This document shows positions 10,345 through 21,331 of a stretch of DNA of 64,000 nt, one piece after another. The translations under genes were made by a program, and so were the position numbers. The stretch comes from Candidatus Bathyarchaeota archaeon. GTDB lineage: Archaea > Thermoproteota > Bathyarchaeia > Bathyarchaeales > Bathycorpusculaceae. The DNA is taken from assembly GCA_963782525.1 (NCBI GenBank), contig CAWAKC010000007.1:224001-288000 (forward strand), in the 5' to 3' direction. Numbering within the stretch: the first letter of the stretch is position 1; each line of letters begins with the position of its first letter. The notes beneath the pieces were generated by a model. The model did not search any database. It worked only from the letters and a program-made list of their open reading frames with translations, and had not been told where the DNA came from.

Positions 10345-12423
10345 TTACGAACCTTTTGGTTTGTAAGTACACCATGGTTCCTCTGCTAAGTAGTCACCGT
10401 GCAGTTCAGTAGGTTCATGTAAATCGCCACAGAAATCTATGAAATCGCTAGTCAACCCATAAGCCCGAGCTCGGCAACCGCCGCAAACCTCATTATACTC
10501 ACATTTACCGCATTTGCCTTTCAGTTTCTTGAAATCTCGCAGGTTTCGAAGAACCTCTGAGTTGAACCAGATGTCCTTAAAGGATTTTTGGCGGATGTTA
10601 CCCAGAGCAATCGGAAGATAAGGACAAGGCGTAACTTCTCCAGTAGGGTAGATGCGACAGTAATATAACCCAGCCATGCAGCCTCTGACCCAACGGGTCA
10701 TGTCAATTCCAGTTTCCTGTGCAATACGCATGAACTGGGGTGCACAAGACGGCTTAACGTTAAGATTATACTGCATACTCTTTGAGAATGAAGAAGTGAT
10801 AATCTTTTCGTACATTTCAGGAGTTATATCTTCGATTCTTGCCCCTCTGCCCGTAGGAACTAAAAAGAACAAATGAAAATTCTCTGCGCCCAATTTTTCA
10901 GCTAAGGCAAAGATATCGCCCATTTGAGTGTAATTCTGCCGCGTCACAGTTGTGTTTACCTGAACAACTACTTCATTTCTTTTGAGTGCTTTAATTGCTT
11001 CCACAGCTCGTTGCCAAGAGCCTGTTACTCCTCGAAATTGATCATGCAATTCAGGCACGCTTGAGTCGAGACTGATTGACACCGTAGTTATCCCTGCATC
11101 TTTCAGTTTCCGCGCCACAATATCGTTAATTAGCATGCCGTTGCTCCCCATCGCCATCTTTAAACCGCGCTCTGTACCATATCTGATGAGTTCAAAAATG
11201 TCCTTTCTGAGCAGAGGTTCCCCGCCGCTTAGAATAAGTAAAGGTTTGCTGACTTCGGCAATCTGATGTATAAGCAGTTTTGCAGCATCAGTACTGAGTT
11301 CACTAATGTCTTTCTTTTCATCTGCATTTATGTAGCAGTGTGCACATTTCAAGTTGCATTTTGCTGTCACGTTCCAAGAAATCACCAGAGGAATGAATTT
11401 CGCTTTAGCCTCGTTTGATGGTTGGGCAAGTTTAAGGTGAAATTCGCATTTCCCATCAGAGGACATTCGTTTAGGTCGCGACATTTCAAATGTGAAAGGC
11501 AGAACAGTTTCAAACATAGCCTTTGCGTGGGCAACACAGAAATGATTGCAGAAGAGTTCAGCTGTTCCAGCCTCTGCCTTGAGTCTATCCAATATGTAAT
11601 TATGGCTTCCAAAGATAGGGCAATTCAAAAACCGCATAGAACCCTCTAGCTCAGACATATTCATCTTAAATTCAATATAATGGTCACTTAGCATGATTGT
11701 CTGCAGTTTCTGCCTCGAGATTCCAGCTCTAAGAGTCACGTTGAGGGCGGCAGTTGCCGTTGCCTTTCCAAACTTTTCTTGGACGCTATCCATAACCTTG
11801 CTGACGCGTTCGATCCCAAGATTACTTGTCAAATCAGCCAGAATCAAGAAGCCCTTTATTGTCGCGTATTCTTGCCTCATACGCATATCAATGACATTTG
11901 TCGCCCATTCTAAGAATGTTCTTTGCAACTCAAGTTCAGCGTTAAAATCTTCTCTTTTAAGCATGATTTCAACGGTTTTGGTCTTTTCTGTAAGTTTTTC
12001 GAATAAGGCGATTTTTTCTTCTTCTTCCAGGGTGACTTTGCATAATGTTGGTTTAGAGTTGACCTCTATTTTCAGCTTTTTGGTGAGTTCTTTAACATCC
12101 GAAACAAACGCGTCGAAGAAAGTCAACTCGCGAGCGGTGACGTCAGGTTCATCAAGTCCAAGTTCCTCCAATACAAATTTGGGCTCTGCCTCCATTTTAG
12201 TCACCATCGCCATATGATAAAGCAAAGATCCTTCCATACCAGGATCTGTGTCCTTGCTGTTTCGCGATTCTTCGCCATGAAAAATTTCAGAGACAAACAT
12301 CTGGGCTGTTTCAAAGTTTCCAGAGTGTATTGCTGCTATTGCTTGCTCCATCTTGCGACTTCTTTTTTCTAATAAAACAGCCCATTTGTGGCAATGTGCC
12401 TCATTGTATCTCGTCAGTTCCAT
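10345..12423 (-). CDS. Fusion of unknown N-terminal domains to an AhbD/NirJ-like radical SAM-SPASM domain
   Basis: C-half ISWNVTAKCNLKCAHCY, SGGEPL, CAPQFMRI, GCMAG, PCPYL, KCGKCEYNEVCGGCRARA; N-half about 345 aa with NCP..FCNHFC..KCEF. Confidence 0.85.
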   Translation of the reverse strand: MELTRYNEAHCHKWAVLLEKRSRKMEQAIAAIHSGNFETAQMFVSEIFHGEESRNSKDTDPGMEGSLLYHMAMVTKMEAEPKFVLEELGLDEPDVTARELTFFDAFVSDVKELTKKLKIEVNSKPTLCKVTLEEEEKIALFEKLTEKTKTVEIMLKREDFNAELELQRTFLEWATNVIDMRMRQEYATIKGFLILADLTSNLGIERVSKVMDSVQEKFGKATATAALNVTLRAGISRQKLQTIMLSDHYIEFKMNMSELEGSMRFLNCPIFGSHNYILDRLKAEAGTAELFCNHFCVAHAKAMFETVLPFTFEMSRPKRMSSDGKCEFHLKLAQPSNEAKAKFIPLVISWNVTAKCNLKCAHCYINADEKKDISELSTDAAKLLIHQIAEVSKPLLILSGGEPLLRKDIFELIRYGTERGLKMAMGSNGMLINDIVARKLKDAGITTVSISLDSSVPELHDQFRGVTGSWQRAVEAIKALKRNEVVVQVNTTVTRQNYTQMGDIFALAEKLGAENFHLFFLVPTGRGARIEDITPEMYEKIITSSFSKSMQYNLNVKPSCAPQFMRIAQETGIDMTRWVRGCMAGLYYCRIYPTGEVTPCPYLPIALGNIRQKSFKDIWFNSEVLRNLRDFKKLKGKCGKCEYNEVCGGCRARAYGLTSDFIDFCGDLHEPTELHGDYLAEEPWCTYKPKGS

Positions 12424-12456
12424 CGTACTCCTGATAAAGTTTCCTGCAAAATCACG

Positions 12457-13668
12457 TCAATTTTTCGAACTTGACGCTTGTAGCTGCCCAGAACTATTTC
12501 CTTCAGCGGCTTTTCGCAATAATGCTGCTTTGTCAGTTCTCTCCCATGTGAAGTCAGGATCGTTTCTTCCGAAATGTCCAAACACAGCGGTTTTTCTATA
12601 TATCGGTCTTTGAAGATCTAAGTGATCTATGATTGCTTTGGGTCTCATGTCAAAATATTTTTTTACCAATTCGAGGATTTTCTCATTAGGTATCTTGCCC
12701 GTACGAAACGTGTTTACCATTACTGAGACTGGTTGGGCAACACCTATTGCATAGGATATTTGGGTCTCGCATTGATCTGCCAATCCTGCCGCAACAATGT
12801 TTTTGGCGATGTATCTTGCCATGTAGCAGCCTGAGCGGTCAACTTTTGAAGGGTCTTTGCCTGAGAAACAGCCTCCGCCATGCCTTCCGACGCCACCATA
12901 CGTGTCAACGATGATTTTCCGACCCGTTAAGCCTGAATCTGCTAAGGTTCCTCCGACCACGAATCTTCCTGTTCCATTGACTATGTACTTTGTCTCTGAA
13001 TCCAGCAGGTTGGCAGGTATAACTTTCTTTATCACCTGATTTATGATGTCTTCCCGTATCTTCTCTGCATCAATCTCGGGAGCATGTTGAGCAGCAATTA
13101 CGACGGCATCCACCCTCTTTGGTTTTCCATTAACATATTCAACGGTAGCCTGAGATTTACCATCCGGTCGTAAATAGGGCAATATTCCTTTTTTCCTACA
13201 TTCAGACAGTCTTTCAACAAGTTTATGTGCAAGCATAATAGGTAAAGGCATCAACTCTTTTGTCTCATTTGTGGCATAGCCGAATACCATGCCCTGGTCT
13301 CCAGCCCCCTGTTCATGTCCATTGCTTTCGTTCACACCTACTGCGATATCTGGAGACTGCTCCGTAAAAGAAACTAGGATACCGCAGGTTTCGGAGTCCA
13401 AACCGTCTTTAGCGTTGTCAAAACCTATTTCCTTCAAAGTCTTTCTAACAACGTTTGGGATAGGTACATAGCAGGAAGTTGTGATTTGACCTGTGACTAT
13501 GATGTTGCCTTGCATGATTAATGTTTCACAATCTACCCTTGCTTTAGGGTCTTTGCTAATTATGGCATCTACGACGCTGTCCGATATTTGGTCTGCGACT
13601 TTATCGGGATGACCCTCTGCAACGGATTCAGAGGAAAACATGTGCCGACCATTTATTGTTGAGGCCAT
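12457..13668 (-). CDS. metK: S-adenosylmethionine synthetase, bacterial/eukaryotic type
   Basis: [56 protein letters not shown]. Confidence 0.96.
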   Translation of the reverse strand: MASTINGRHMFSSESVAEGHPDKVADQISDSVVDAIISKDPKARVDCETLIMQGNIIVTGQITTSCYVPIPNVVRKTLKEIGFDNAKDGLDSETCGILVSFTEQSPDIAVGVNESNGHEQGAGDQGMVFGYATNETKELMPLPIMLAHKLVERLSECRKKGILPYLRPDGKSQATVEYVNGKPKRVDAVVIAAQHAPEIDAEKIREDIINQVIKKVIPANLLDSETKYIVNGTGRFVVGGTLADSGLTGRKIIVDTYGGVGRHGGGCFSGKDPSKVDRSGCYMARYIAKNIVAAGLADQCETQISYAIGVAQPVSVMVNTFRTGKIPNEKILELVKKYFDMRPKAIIDHLDLQRPIYRKTAVFGHFGRNDPDFTWERTDKAALLRKAAEGNSSGQLQASSSKN

Positions 13669-13833
13669 ATGTAACCCTTCAGCTTTCCTTTTTTACCTTT
13701 CAAGGTAGACCTGAACTCTTTTCCTAGTTTTTTACGCAAGGGGGTTAAGCTTAAATCATATTTAACGTTAAATTCATTCATTCTTGTCACCGTTTTCTGC
13801 TTGATTCATGGTAAGGCGTGCATTTTAAAAACA

Positions 13834-13879
13834 GTTTAATAGATAAACCTTATTAATACTTTATGTTTATAAAATAAAC
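13834..13879. promoter_or_regulatory. Operator-TATA-operator module, copy 3 (metK / Lrp divergent region)
   Basis: GTTTAATAGATAAAC ... TTATTAATA ... GTTTATAAAATAAAC; the two boxes start 31 bp apart. Confidence 0.8.
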
Positions 13880-13890
13880 AGTGAAGATGT

Positions 13891-14460
13891 TTGGACGACA
13901 TAGACAAAAAAATAATTACCCAACTCCAAGTAGATGGACGAACAACATTACAAGACTTAGCTAAAAATACAGGCTTCTCAAGCATGGGAACCAAGAAAAG
14001 ACTCGAGCGACTCATAAAAAATGGAACTATAAAAGTATCAGCCCTACTTAATCCAAACGTCCTCAAACTTCACCCAGCAATCGTAATGCTAGAAATGGAA
14101 AGTGCAGAGGCAATGCAGAACGTTCTAGACCGCTTCGAGGAATGCCCCCGGATAATTCAGATATTCAAAACAATGGGAGGCTACAACTTAATCGCGCTTG
14201 TTGTTGCAGAAACAAAAGAAACCCTCGAGAGTATATCCATGGAAAAATGCTCCTTAAGATGTAGCAAAGGAATACGCCGCTCAGAATTCTACCCCATAAG
14301 TGACACATACTTTTCACCATTCCTTCAAATAAGAGAAAACCTGGCCCAAAAAGAGAGAAAGGTAACACCCTGCAAGGTAGAATGCAATCCCTGCAACCGA
14401 TATGAAACCCAGAAATGCGTAGGATGCCCAACCACAAGCCAATACAAAGGGTCTCTATAG
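13891..14460 (+). CDS. Lrp/AsnC transcription regulator with C-terminal Cys cluster
   Basis: MDDIDKKII..LQVDGR HTH; tail PCKVECNPCNRYETQKCVGCP. Confidence 0.88.
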   Translation: MDDIDKKIITQLQVDGRTTLQDLAKNTGFSSMGTKKRLERLIKNGTIKVSALLNPNVLKLHPAIVMLEMESAEAMQNVLDRFEECPRIIQIFKTMGGYNLIALVVAETKETLESISMEKCSLRCSKGIRRSEFYPISDTYFSPFLQIRENLAQKERKVTPCKVECNPCNRYETQKCVGCPTTSQYKGSL

Positions 14461-15482
14461 ACCGGAGCCATGACATGAGCACTTCTGAGCATGAACACAT
14501 AAAGATTGCAGAAGTCGATAGACTGGAAGTTCTTAGTTTAGTTGATAATTCAATTGATTTCATCTCAACAATAAATAAAAAAGAAGTTAAGTCCTATAGA
14601 CAATGGACAACAAAGGGGATGAGCCGAGGATGCACAGATTATTTACAAATGCCCATTGCTGAACATGGATTTTCAATGCTTGTCAAAGTTTTCAACGGAG
14701 GGCAGTCATTCAACATCTTATTTGATACCGGCGTTAGTCCAGACGGAATTGTTGAAAATGCTAAGCGAATGGGTATAGATTTAAGTGAAATAGATTACAT
14801 CGTACTTTCTCATGGGCACTACGATCATTTTGGCGGATTAGAAGCTGCCATAAAAGCCATTAACAAAACCGATTTGCCCATAATAGTCCATAAAAGCATG
14901 TTTAAACGTCGAGGAACAGCAAACTCAAAAGGAATAATTCGAAAACACCCAGAATTTCCAGCAGAAGAACATTTAAACCCGGCTAAAATCGTCTTTACAA
15001 AAAATCCTCACCTGATAGCCAACAAAACTGCTTTCGTAACTGGCGAAATTCCAAGAAAAACAAGCTTTGAAAAAGGTTACTCGCAAAACAGGATCTTATT
15101 TAACAACAGATGGCAATCCGATTCTGATATTTTGGATGAACGAGCCTTAGTTTTTAATTTAAAAGAAAAAGGATTGATAATTATATCCGGTTGCGCTCAT
15201 GCAGGCATAATCAACACCATACGATACGCCCAATTGATCACAGGAGTAACAAATATTTACGCAGTTTTTGGTGGGTTTCATTTGGCCGGAAAAGAATGCG
15301 AAAAAAGAATAAAGCTAACCGTTAAAGAATTGAAACGAATCAATCCAGAGTTAATTATACCTTCACATTGTACAGGTTGGAGGGCAATAACTAACATAGC
15401 TAAAACGTTACCCAACGCTTTTATCTGGAACAGTGTTGGAAACCTCTATCAACTTAATTTTAATGAAACCAATTTAACTTAG
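14415..15482 (+). CDS. MBL-fold metallo-hydrolase (COG1237/MJ0301-like); true start probably near 14476
   Basis: AEHGFS, LFDTG, SHGHYDHFGG, GCAHAG, GGFHL, PSHCTG. Confidence 0.88.
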   Translation: MRRMPNHKPIQRVSIDRSHDMSTSEHEHIKIAEVDRLEVLSLVDNSIDFISTINKKEVKSYRQWTTKGMSRGCTDYLQMPIAEHGFSMLVKVFNGGQSFNILFDTGVSPDGIVENAKRMGIDLSEIDYIVLSHGHYDHFGGLEAAIKAINKTDLPIIVHKSMFKRRGTANSKGIIRKHPEFPAEEHLNPAKIVFTKNPHLIANKTAFVTGEIPRKTSFEKGYSQNRILFNNRWQSDSDILDERALVFNLKEKGLIIISGCAHAGIINTIRYAQLITGVTNIYAVFGGFHLAGKECEKRIKLTVKELKRINPELIIPSHCTGWRAITNIAKTLPNAFIWNSVGNLYQLNFNETNLT

Positions 15483-15530
15483 AACTTGGAGAGTCCATGT
15501 TTTGACTAAAATAATTACGAGGAAAGAAAT

Positions 15531-18080
15531 ATGCCTAAATCGAAACTTGCAATAGCATTTTTACTCATAATTTTATTTTTTGCTAGTTTTAACGCTACCT
15601 CTTTAATTGGAATAGGCAAGGTAAATGCTAATATCTCTTCAACCTCTGCCACTCTTGAAAGCGATGAGAGCTTGTTTCAGTATGAGTGGCCCCAGTTCCA
15701 AGGCGATTCCTCTTTCTCACGGTCTTCAGCAGGACCAGCCCCAGCAACATCAAATGTTCTGTGGAAAACCAACATAACAGGAATAGAACCCTACCTTGTA
15801 GCTTTTGACGGAAAAATTTTCGTCTGCACTACCACAGGCGTTAGTGCAGTTGACCAATCTGGACAAGTTGTCTGGCACAAAGACATTCCCATGAATGGAA
15901 CATGGCCCGTAGCCTACAAGATTGACAATACACATATGGTTGTTGAAGGCACATGCCTTGACCCGCAAACAGGCAACATCATTTGGACCAGCACACAATT
16001 CTCAGCTGACACAGGCGTTCTATTCGTCGCCAACGTATATAGTCCCGAAGAAAAAATGTTCTACGCCAAAGTCGGTTCCTACATTGACGCTTGGGACTTT
16101 TCTAATCCTTCGGCACCTCCAACTTTGGCTTGGCAAACCTATATTCCCGGCGGCGGCACCACGGGTTCAGGAGTAACGTATGGTGGTGGACTTGTTTTTC
16201 CAGGATCTTTTGAGAATCACCAGATGGCGCTTGATGCCCGAACAGGCAAGTTTGTTTGGGATACGCTAACGAAGGGACCGATGATTTTCAGCGGCTCCCA
16301 CTATGAAGGCAGGTATCTTAGAGGAGGAACAGATGACAATACACTATATTGTTTTAACGCTACAAACGGCGACATCCTGTGGACATACACCCCCAACACT
16401 GACGGATACTTCTGTGTGGGGACTGCAGTAGGTTATGGTATGGTTTATGCGCTCAACAAGGATGGCAATCTTTATGCGGTCAACGTAGAAACTGGCAAAC
16501 TTGCATGGAACTATACAGGTCCTGGTCCACTCATTTTTCCAGGTGCCCCCACGGTTGCAGATGGCAAAGTCTACGCAACAACAGGTCAAAACGCATATTA
16601 CAACAATGAAGTTGGTGCATCACAATTTGCATGTTTAGACGCCTACACTGGACAGGTAATTTGGAAACTTGAGATGGAAGCCCTTGCGCCCAAAGAATCT
16701 GTCATCGTTGCATACGGAACATTATATCTTATTCCAGGTGAAGTGACGACTGCCGTTGATACAATCTCGGGAAACGAGTATTCTACAGTTAATCAGCTTT
16801 GGGCAATGGGCACAACCACAGTTCCCACTAGCAACTGGTCCATGTGGGGAGCGCACCCAACCCACTCATCAACCGCATCCGAAGGACCAAATAACCTTAC
16901 TTTAGCCTGGAAATTCACGACAAACGGGTCCGTTCTATCCTCACCAACCATTGTTGACGGAATCGTTTACTTTGGTTCTCAGGACAAAAACATCTATGCT
17001 GTTGGCGCATGGAGCGGTAATCTGCTCTGGAGTTTCGCAACCAAAGCAACTGTTGAATCTTCAGTTGCTGTCGTGAATGGAAAGGTTTACACGGGCGGAG
17101 ACGACGGCAACGTCTACTGTCTTGACGCTTACAACGGCAACCTCATCTGGACAACCGCTGTCAATGGCAACATGCAAGGTACATTTTCCACTATAGTTAT
17201 GAAATCTTCACCCGCCGTGTCAAATGGCCTTGTGTACGTTGGATCTATGGACGGCAACATGTACGCTCTTGACGCGAACGGCGGCAATGTTGTTTGGAAA
17301 ACGGCAACTCTTGGCTCGATAGAAAATTCTCCTTCAGTCTCTGACGGCGCTGTATTCTTCACTTCCCACGAACCGACAACTGGTATGCTCTACAAACTTG
17401 ACGCTGCTAACGGAGCTGTAATTTGGACTCGGTCAATTCCCTATGTTCCTGTTTTCATCGGTGGATCGGAAATGTTAGGTTCAACATCGGTGGCAGACGG
17501 CATGGTATTTACGTCATCCAATGTTATCACTTATTATGCTGTTAGCGAGGCAACAGGCGAGGTTGTATGGAATTTCACCAACAAGGATGCTGGCGAATTC
17601 ATCTATAATGCCCCGATATACCAGAACGGACAAGTTATTCTCATCGACAAATTCAATATAGCATGTCTCAACGCAAACACTGGAAAAGTTATTTGGAGCT
17701 TTTACACCGGTGATGAATTGTATGTTGCGCCAACATATGCAGACGGCAAAGTCTACGACGTAACTAGCCAACGCCACATATTCGTACTCGACGCTGCTAA
17801 CAATGGTGAAAAACTTGAAACTATGGATATGCCTTCAAGCAGCTGGTCTTCACCAACCATCGCAAACAACAGGCTATATATAGGCTGCAACGACTGGAAC
17901 GTTTATGCCTTTAGGGAAAACGTTACGAACCAACCCTCAACTACAATTTCCTCAAGCAGCTCAACTTTATCATCTGACATGTTAGCGTTGATTGCCATTT
18001 CAGTTGCAGCCGTGGTCATCGCAGTCTCGGCCGTGGGTTATGTAATTAAAAAAAGAAGCAAAAAACCGTTGAGCCTATAG
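15531..18080 (+). CDS. Secreted double PQQ-like beta-propeller protein with C-terminal TM anchor
   Basis: Signal peptide, repeated YALDAxxGxxxW / SSP motifs, Ser/Thr linker, TM plus basic tail. Confidence 0.88.
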   Translation: MPKSKLAIAFLLIILFFASFNATSLIGIGKVNANISSTSATLESDESLFQYEWPQFQGDSSFSRSSAGPAPATSNVLWKTNITGIEPYLVAFDGKIFVCTTTGVSAVDQSGQVVWHKDIPMNGTWPVAYKIDNTHMVVEGTCLDPQTGNIIWTSTQFSADTGVLFVANVYSPEEKMFYAKVGSYIDAWDFSNPSAPPTLAWQTYIPGGGTTGSGVTYGGGLVFPGSFENHQMALDARTGKFVWDTLTKGPMIFSGSHYEGRYLRGGTDDNTLYCFNATNGDILWTYTPNTDGYFCVGTAVGYGMVYALNKDGNLYAVNVETGKLAWNYTGPGPLIFPGAPTVADGKVYATTGQNAYYNNEVGASQFACLDAYTGQVIWKLEMEALAPKESVIVAYGTLYLIPGEVTTAVDTISGNEYSTVNQLWAMGTTTVPTSNWSMWGAHPTHSSTASEGPNNLTLAWKFTTNGSVLSSPTIVDGIVYFGSQDKNIYAVGAWSGNLLWSFATKATVESSVAVVNGKVYTGGDDGNVYCLDAYNGNLIWTTAVNGNMQGTFSTIVMKSSPAVSNGLVYVGSMDGNMYALDANGGNVVWKTATLGSIENSPSVSDGAVFFTSHEPTTGMLYKLDAANGAVIWTRSIPYVPVFIGGSEMLGSTSVADGMVFTSSNVITYYAVSEATGEVVWNFTNKDAGEFIYNAPIYQNGQVILIDKFNIACLNANTGKVIWSFYTGDELYVAPTYADGKVYDVTSQRHIFVLDAANNGEKLETMDMPSSSWSSPTIANNRLYIGCNDWNVYAFRENVTNQPSTTISSSSSTLSSDMLALIAISVAAVVIAVSAVGYVIKKRSKKPLSL

Positions 18081-18367
18081 CCAAGCGGGGGTCTTTTCCG
18101 CTGCAGCTACAACGACGTCTACCTTTCGGTAACATTAAAACTCAATCTCTTCAGGGCATCTGGAACAAAATGCAAAGTAGCGAATTCTTCGCCAACGTCA
18201 GAGACAAGAGTAACCTAAAAGGCAAATGTGACATTTGTGAATACAAGGATATTTGCGATGGACACCGTACTTCGGCGCCGTTCTTCACAGGAGACATCTT
18301 GGGACCTGACCCACAATGGCCTACATCCTCAAAGTGTTACGCGAGAAATAAGCACTCTTACCTATAG
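18081..18367 (+). pseudogene. Orphan SPASM-domain remnant of a radical SAM gene
   Basis: FGNIKTQSLQGIW...LKGKCDICEYKDICDGHR...GDILGPDP with degraded cysteines and no N-terminal part. Confidence 0.7.
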
Positions 18368-18532
18368 CTTGTTCTTAGCTATTGGCTGTTGATTAAGCCA
18401 AAGTCAAACAGTACAAAGAATTTAAAAAAGAGATGCACCTATGAAATATCCACCAATCCGAATAGCAGTTTTATATAAAAAAACGCTTGACTTAAATAAA
18501 CGTATATAAAAACTCGAACGAAGGCAAGCAAT

Positions 18533-20953
18533 ATGAGCCAAGAAAAAAACAAAAAAATTACCCTCAACATTGGCGGCATGAGTTGCATAAACTGCGCTCA
18601 CACCATTGAAAAGGAACTTGCCAAACTAAAAGGTGTAACCCAAGCTACCGTAAACCTCGCTGCTGAACAAGCACTAATAGACTACAACCCCGACCGCATC
18701 ACTCAAAAAACTATCGAAACCGCCATCACCGACGCAGGCTACCATGTAATCCACGAAAAAATCGTCCTTCAAATCGGCGGCATGTCATGCGTTAACTGTG
18801 CCAAAACCATCGAGAAAGCCCTGGGCAACCGCGAAGGAGTCTACAATGCAGTCGTCAATTTTGCCGCTGAAAGCGTCTCAGTTGAATACAACCCCCAGCA
18901 AATCAGCTTGCCAAGCATCAAAAAAACCATCCAGGACAGCGGATACCAAGTAATCGAACAACAACAAAAAACCCATGAGGATACAGCGGGTGAAGAACGC
19001 AAACGCCACATCCGGCACCTAAAAATTCTCTTAGTCACTAGCGTTGCCCTGACTATTCCAATCCTTGTTTTGATGTGGCTCTCACCTCTGCCCATGGAGC
19101 AAAACAACATCCTCATGTTCCTGCTTGCAACGCCAGTTCAGTTCATCGTGGGATGGACCTTTTACGTTGGCACCTACAAGGGGCTGCGAAACAAGACCAC
19201 TAACATGGACACCTTAATTGCCATGGGCACATCCACCGCATGGATCTACAGCACCTTCGTTACTTTTGCCCCAGGCGTTTTTCCAGGGGCTGGAGTATTC
19301 TTCGATACCGCTACCATGATTATGAGCTTCATTTTGCTAGGAAAACTCTTAGATGCCGTAGCTAAGGGCAGAACCTCGGAAGCCATCCGAAAAATCATGG
19401 GTCTCCAAGCCAAAACAGCCCGAGTCATCCGCAACGGTGAGGAACAGGAAATTCCAGTTGAAGACGTACAAGTAGGCGACATCGTCGTGGTTAGACCGGG
19501 AGAAAAAATCCCCGTCGACGGCACGGTTACCGAAGGCTATTCGGCAGTGGACGAGAAAGTCATCACGGGCGAAAGCATTCCAGTCGAAAAGAGAATCGGC
19601 GACCAAGTCGTAGGAGCCACCATGAACAAGACGGGTATGCTCAAGTTCAAAGCCACCAAAGTGGGCAAAGACACAGTTCTTGCCCAAATCATTAGCATGG
19701 TTGAAGATGCGTTAACTTCGAAAGCGCCTATTCAAAGATTAGCCGACATTGCTTCCGGATATTTCGTTCCAGCCATCATAATTACTGCGACACTTTCAGC
19801 AGTGTTATGGTACTTTATTGTCGGAGCATCCTTCATTTTCTCACTCACCGTTTTCATCGCAGTGTTAATCGTGGCTTGTCCTTGCGCTCTTGGACTCGCT
19901 ACTCCGACAGCGATAATGGTGGGTGTCGGAAAAGGAGCAGAAAACGGAATCCTAATAAAAAGCGGCGAAGCATTGGAAGCGGTATACAAGCTTCAAGCAG
20001 TTGTTTTTGACAAAACAGGAACACTAACGAAGGGCGAACCCGAAGTAACCGACATCGCCCCATCTGAACCGTTCGGGGAAACCCAGCTTCTGCAGTTCGC
20101 CGCTATCGCAGAGAAAAACTCCGAGCATCCGCTGGGAGCAGCCATAGTGAAAAGAGCAAAGGAAAAGGGAATTCAAGTTGATGAACCGGAATTGTTCAAC
20201 GCTATCCCTGGATACGGAGTAGAGGTGGAACATAGGGGCGCCAAAATATTGTTGGGTAACCGAAAACTGATGGAGGCAAACAACTTGGACATCAAGGCGC
20301 TTGAGGGGAAAATGTCGGCGTTTGAGGAAGAAGGCAAAACTGCTATGCTCCTCGCCGTTGACAACCAACTTGCGGGTTTAATAGCGGTGGCTGACACCTT
20401 AAAGGAGCACTCCGCCGACGCAGTTAAGACTCTTCAACAGATGGGATTGGAAGTCATCATGATTACGGGCGACAACCAGAGAACCGCCAAAGCCATCGCA
20501 GCGCAGGTAGGCGTTAACCGCGTCTTTGCAGAGGTTCTTCCAAGCGAAAAAGCAACAGAGATAAAGCGTCTGCAATCCGAAGGCAAAGTTGTTGCTATGG
20601 TTGGTGACGGAATAAACGATGCTCCTGCTTTGGCGCAAGCAAACATTGGAATTGCTGTCGGCAGCGGAACAGATGTAGCTATTGAAACGGGAGATATCGT
20701 GTTAATTAAGAATGATTTGAGGGATGTGGTGGTAGCTATTCAGTTGAGCCGCGCTACGATGAAGAAAATTCGCCAGAACCTTTTCTGGGCATTCTTCTAC
20801 AATATAGTCCTCATTCCCTTAGCGGCAGGAGCGTTCTACCCTATTTTACATGTGCTATTCAATCCGGTGTACGCGGCGGCAGCTATGGCAAGCAGCTCAG
20901 TAACCGTGGTTACCAACGCTTCACTCCTCAGGAGATTTAAACCAAAAATCTAG
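18533..20953 (+). CDS. copA: Cu(I)-translocating P1B-type ATPase
   Basis: Two GMSCxxC HMA domains, [26 protein letters not shown] and MAxSS motifs. Confidence 0.95.
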   Translation: MSQEKNKKITLNIGGMSCINCAHTIEKELAKLKGVTQATVNLAAEQALIDYNPDRITQKTIETAITDAGYHVIHEKIVLQIGGMSCVNCAKTIEKALGNREGVYNAVVNFAAESVSVEYNPQQISLPSIKKTIQDSGYQVIEQQQKTHEDTAGEERKRHIRHLKILLVTSVALTIPILVLMWLSPLPMEQNNILMFLLATPVQFIVGWTFYVGTYKGLRNKTTNMDTLIAMGTSTAWIYSTFVTFAPGVFPGAGVFFDTATMIMSFILLGKLLDAVAKGRTSEAIRKIMGLQAKTARVIRNGEEQEIPVEDVQVGDIVVVRPGEKIPVDGTVTEGYSAVDEKVITGESIPVEKRIGDQVVGATMNKTGMLKFKATKVGKDTVLAQIISMVEDALTSKAPIQRLADIASGYFVPAIIITATLSAVLWYFIVGASFIFSLTVFIAVLIVACPCALGLATPTAIMVGVGKGAENGILIKSGEALEAVYKLQAVVFDKTGTLTKGEPEVTDIAPSEPFGETQLLQFAAIAEKNSEHPLGAAIVKRAKEKGIQVDEPELFNAIPGYGVEVEHRGAKILLGNRKLMEANNLDIKALEGKMSAFEEEGKTAMLLAVDNQLAGLIAVADTLKEHSADAVKTLQQMGLEVIMITGDNQRTAKAIAAQVGVNRVFAEVLPSEKATEIKRLQSEGKVVAMVGDGINDAPALAQANIGIAVGSGTDVAIETGDIVLIKNDLRDVVVAIQLSRATMKKIRQNLFWAFFYNIVLIPLAAGAFYPILHVLFNPVYAAAAMASSSVTVVTNASLLRRFKPKI

Positions 20954-20986
20954 TCACAAAATGTCAAGCATTGGAGGTGAAAAAGT

Positions 20987-21175
20987 ATGGCTAAAGATTT
21001 AGTGTGCAACATGGATGTAGACGAGAAAACTGCTAAGTACAAAACTATCTACCAAGGCAAATACTATTATTTCTGTGCTCCGGGATGCAAAAAATCCTTC
21101 GAAGCAAACCCCCAAAAATACATTGGAGGTAACTCGTCAAATCACAGTTGCAATTGCGGTCACGACCAATGCTAA
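20987..21175 (+). CDS. YHS/TRASH-domain metallochaperone
   Basis: DLVCNMDV...YYFCAPGCKKSF, C-terminal HSCNCGH, Shine-Dalgarno GGAGGTGA. Confidence 0.9.
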   Translation: MAKDLVCNMDVDEKTAKYKTIYQGKYYYFCAPGCKKSFEANPQKYIGGNSSNHSCNCGHDQC

Positions 21176-21331
21176 ATCGTTAAGGTTTAGCCTATGACGT
21201 TCTTTTCTTTTGTTTCTTTAAGCTTTTTTCGCTCGGCAAATTTTGGTATTTTTATTCTTTTGATGAGCACCAAATAAGGGACAAACGCGTGCTCAATATC
21301 TTACGAAAATTTATTATATAAAAAGCTCGTT

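Noticed and set aside
13669-13830. SAM riboswitch upstream of metK
   Set aside because: Only a short TACCT/AGGTA hairpin is present; no SAM-I or other SAM-class consensus elements were found.
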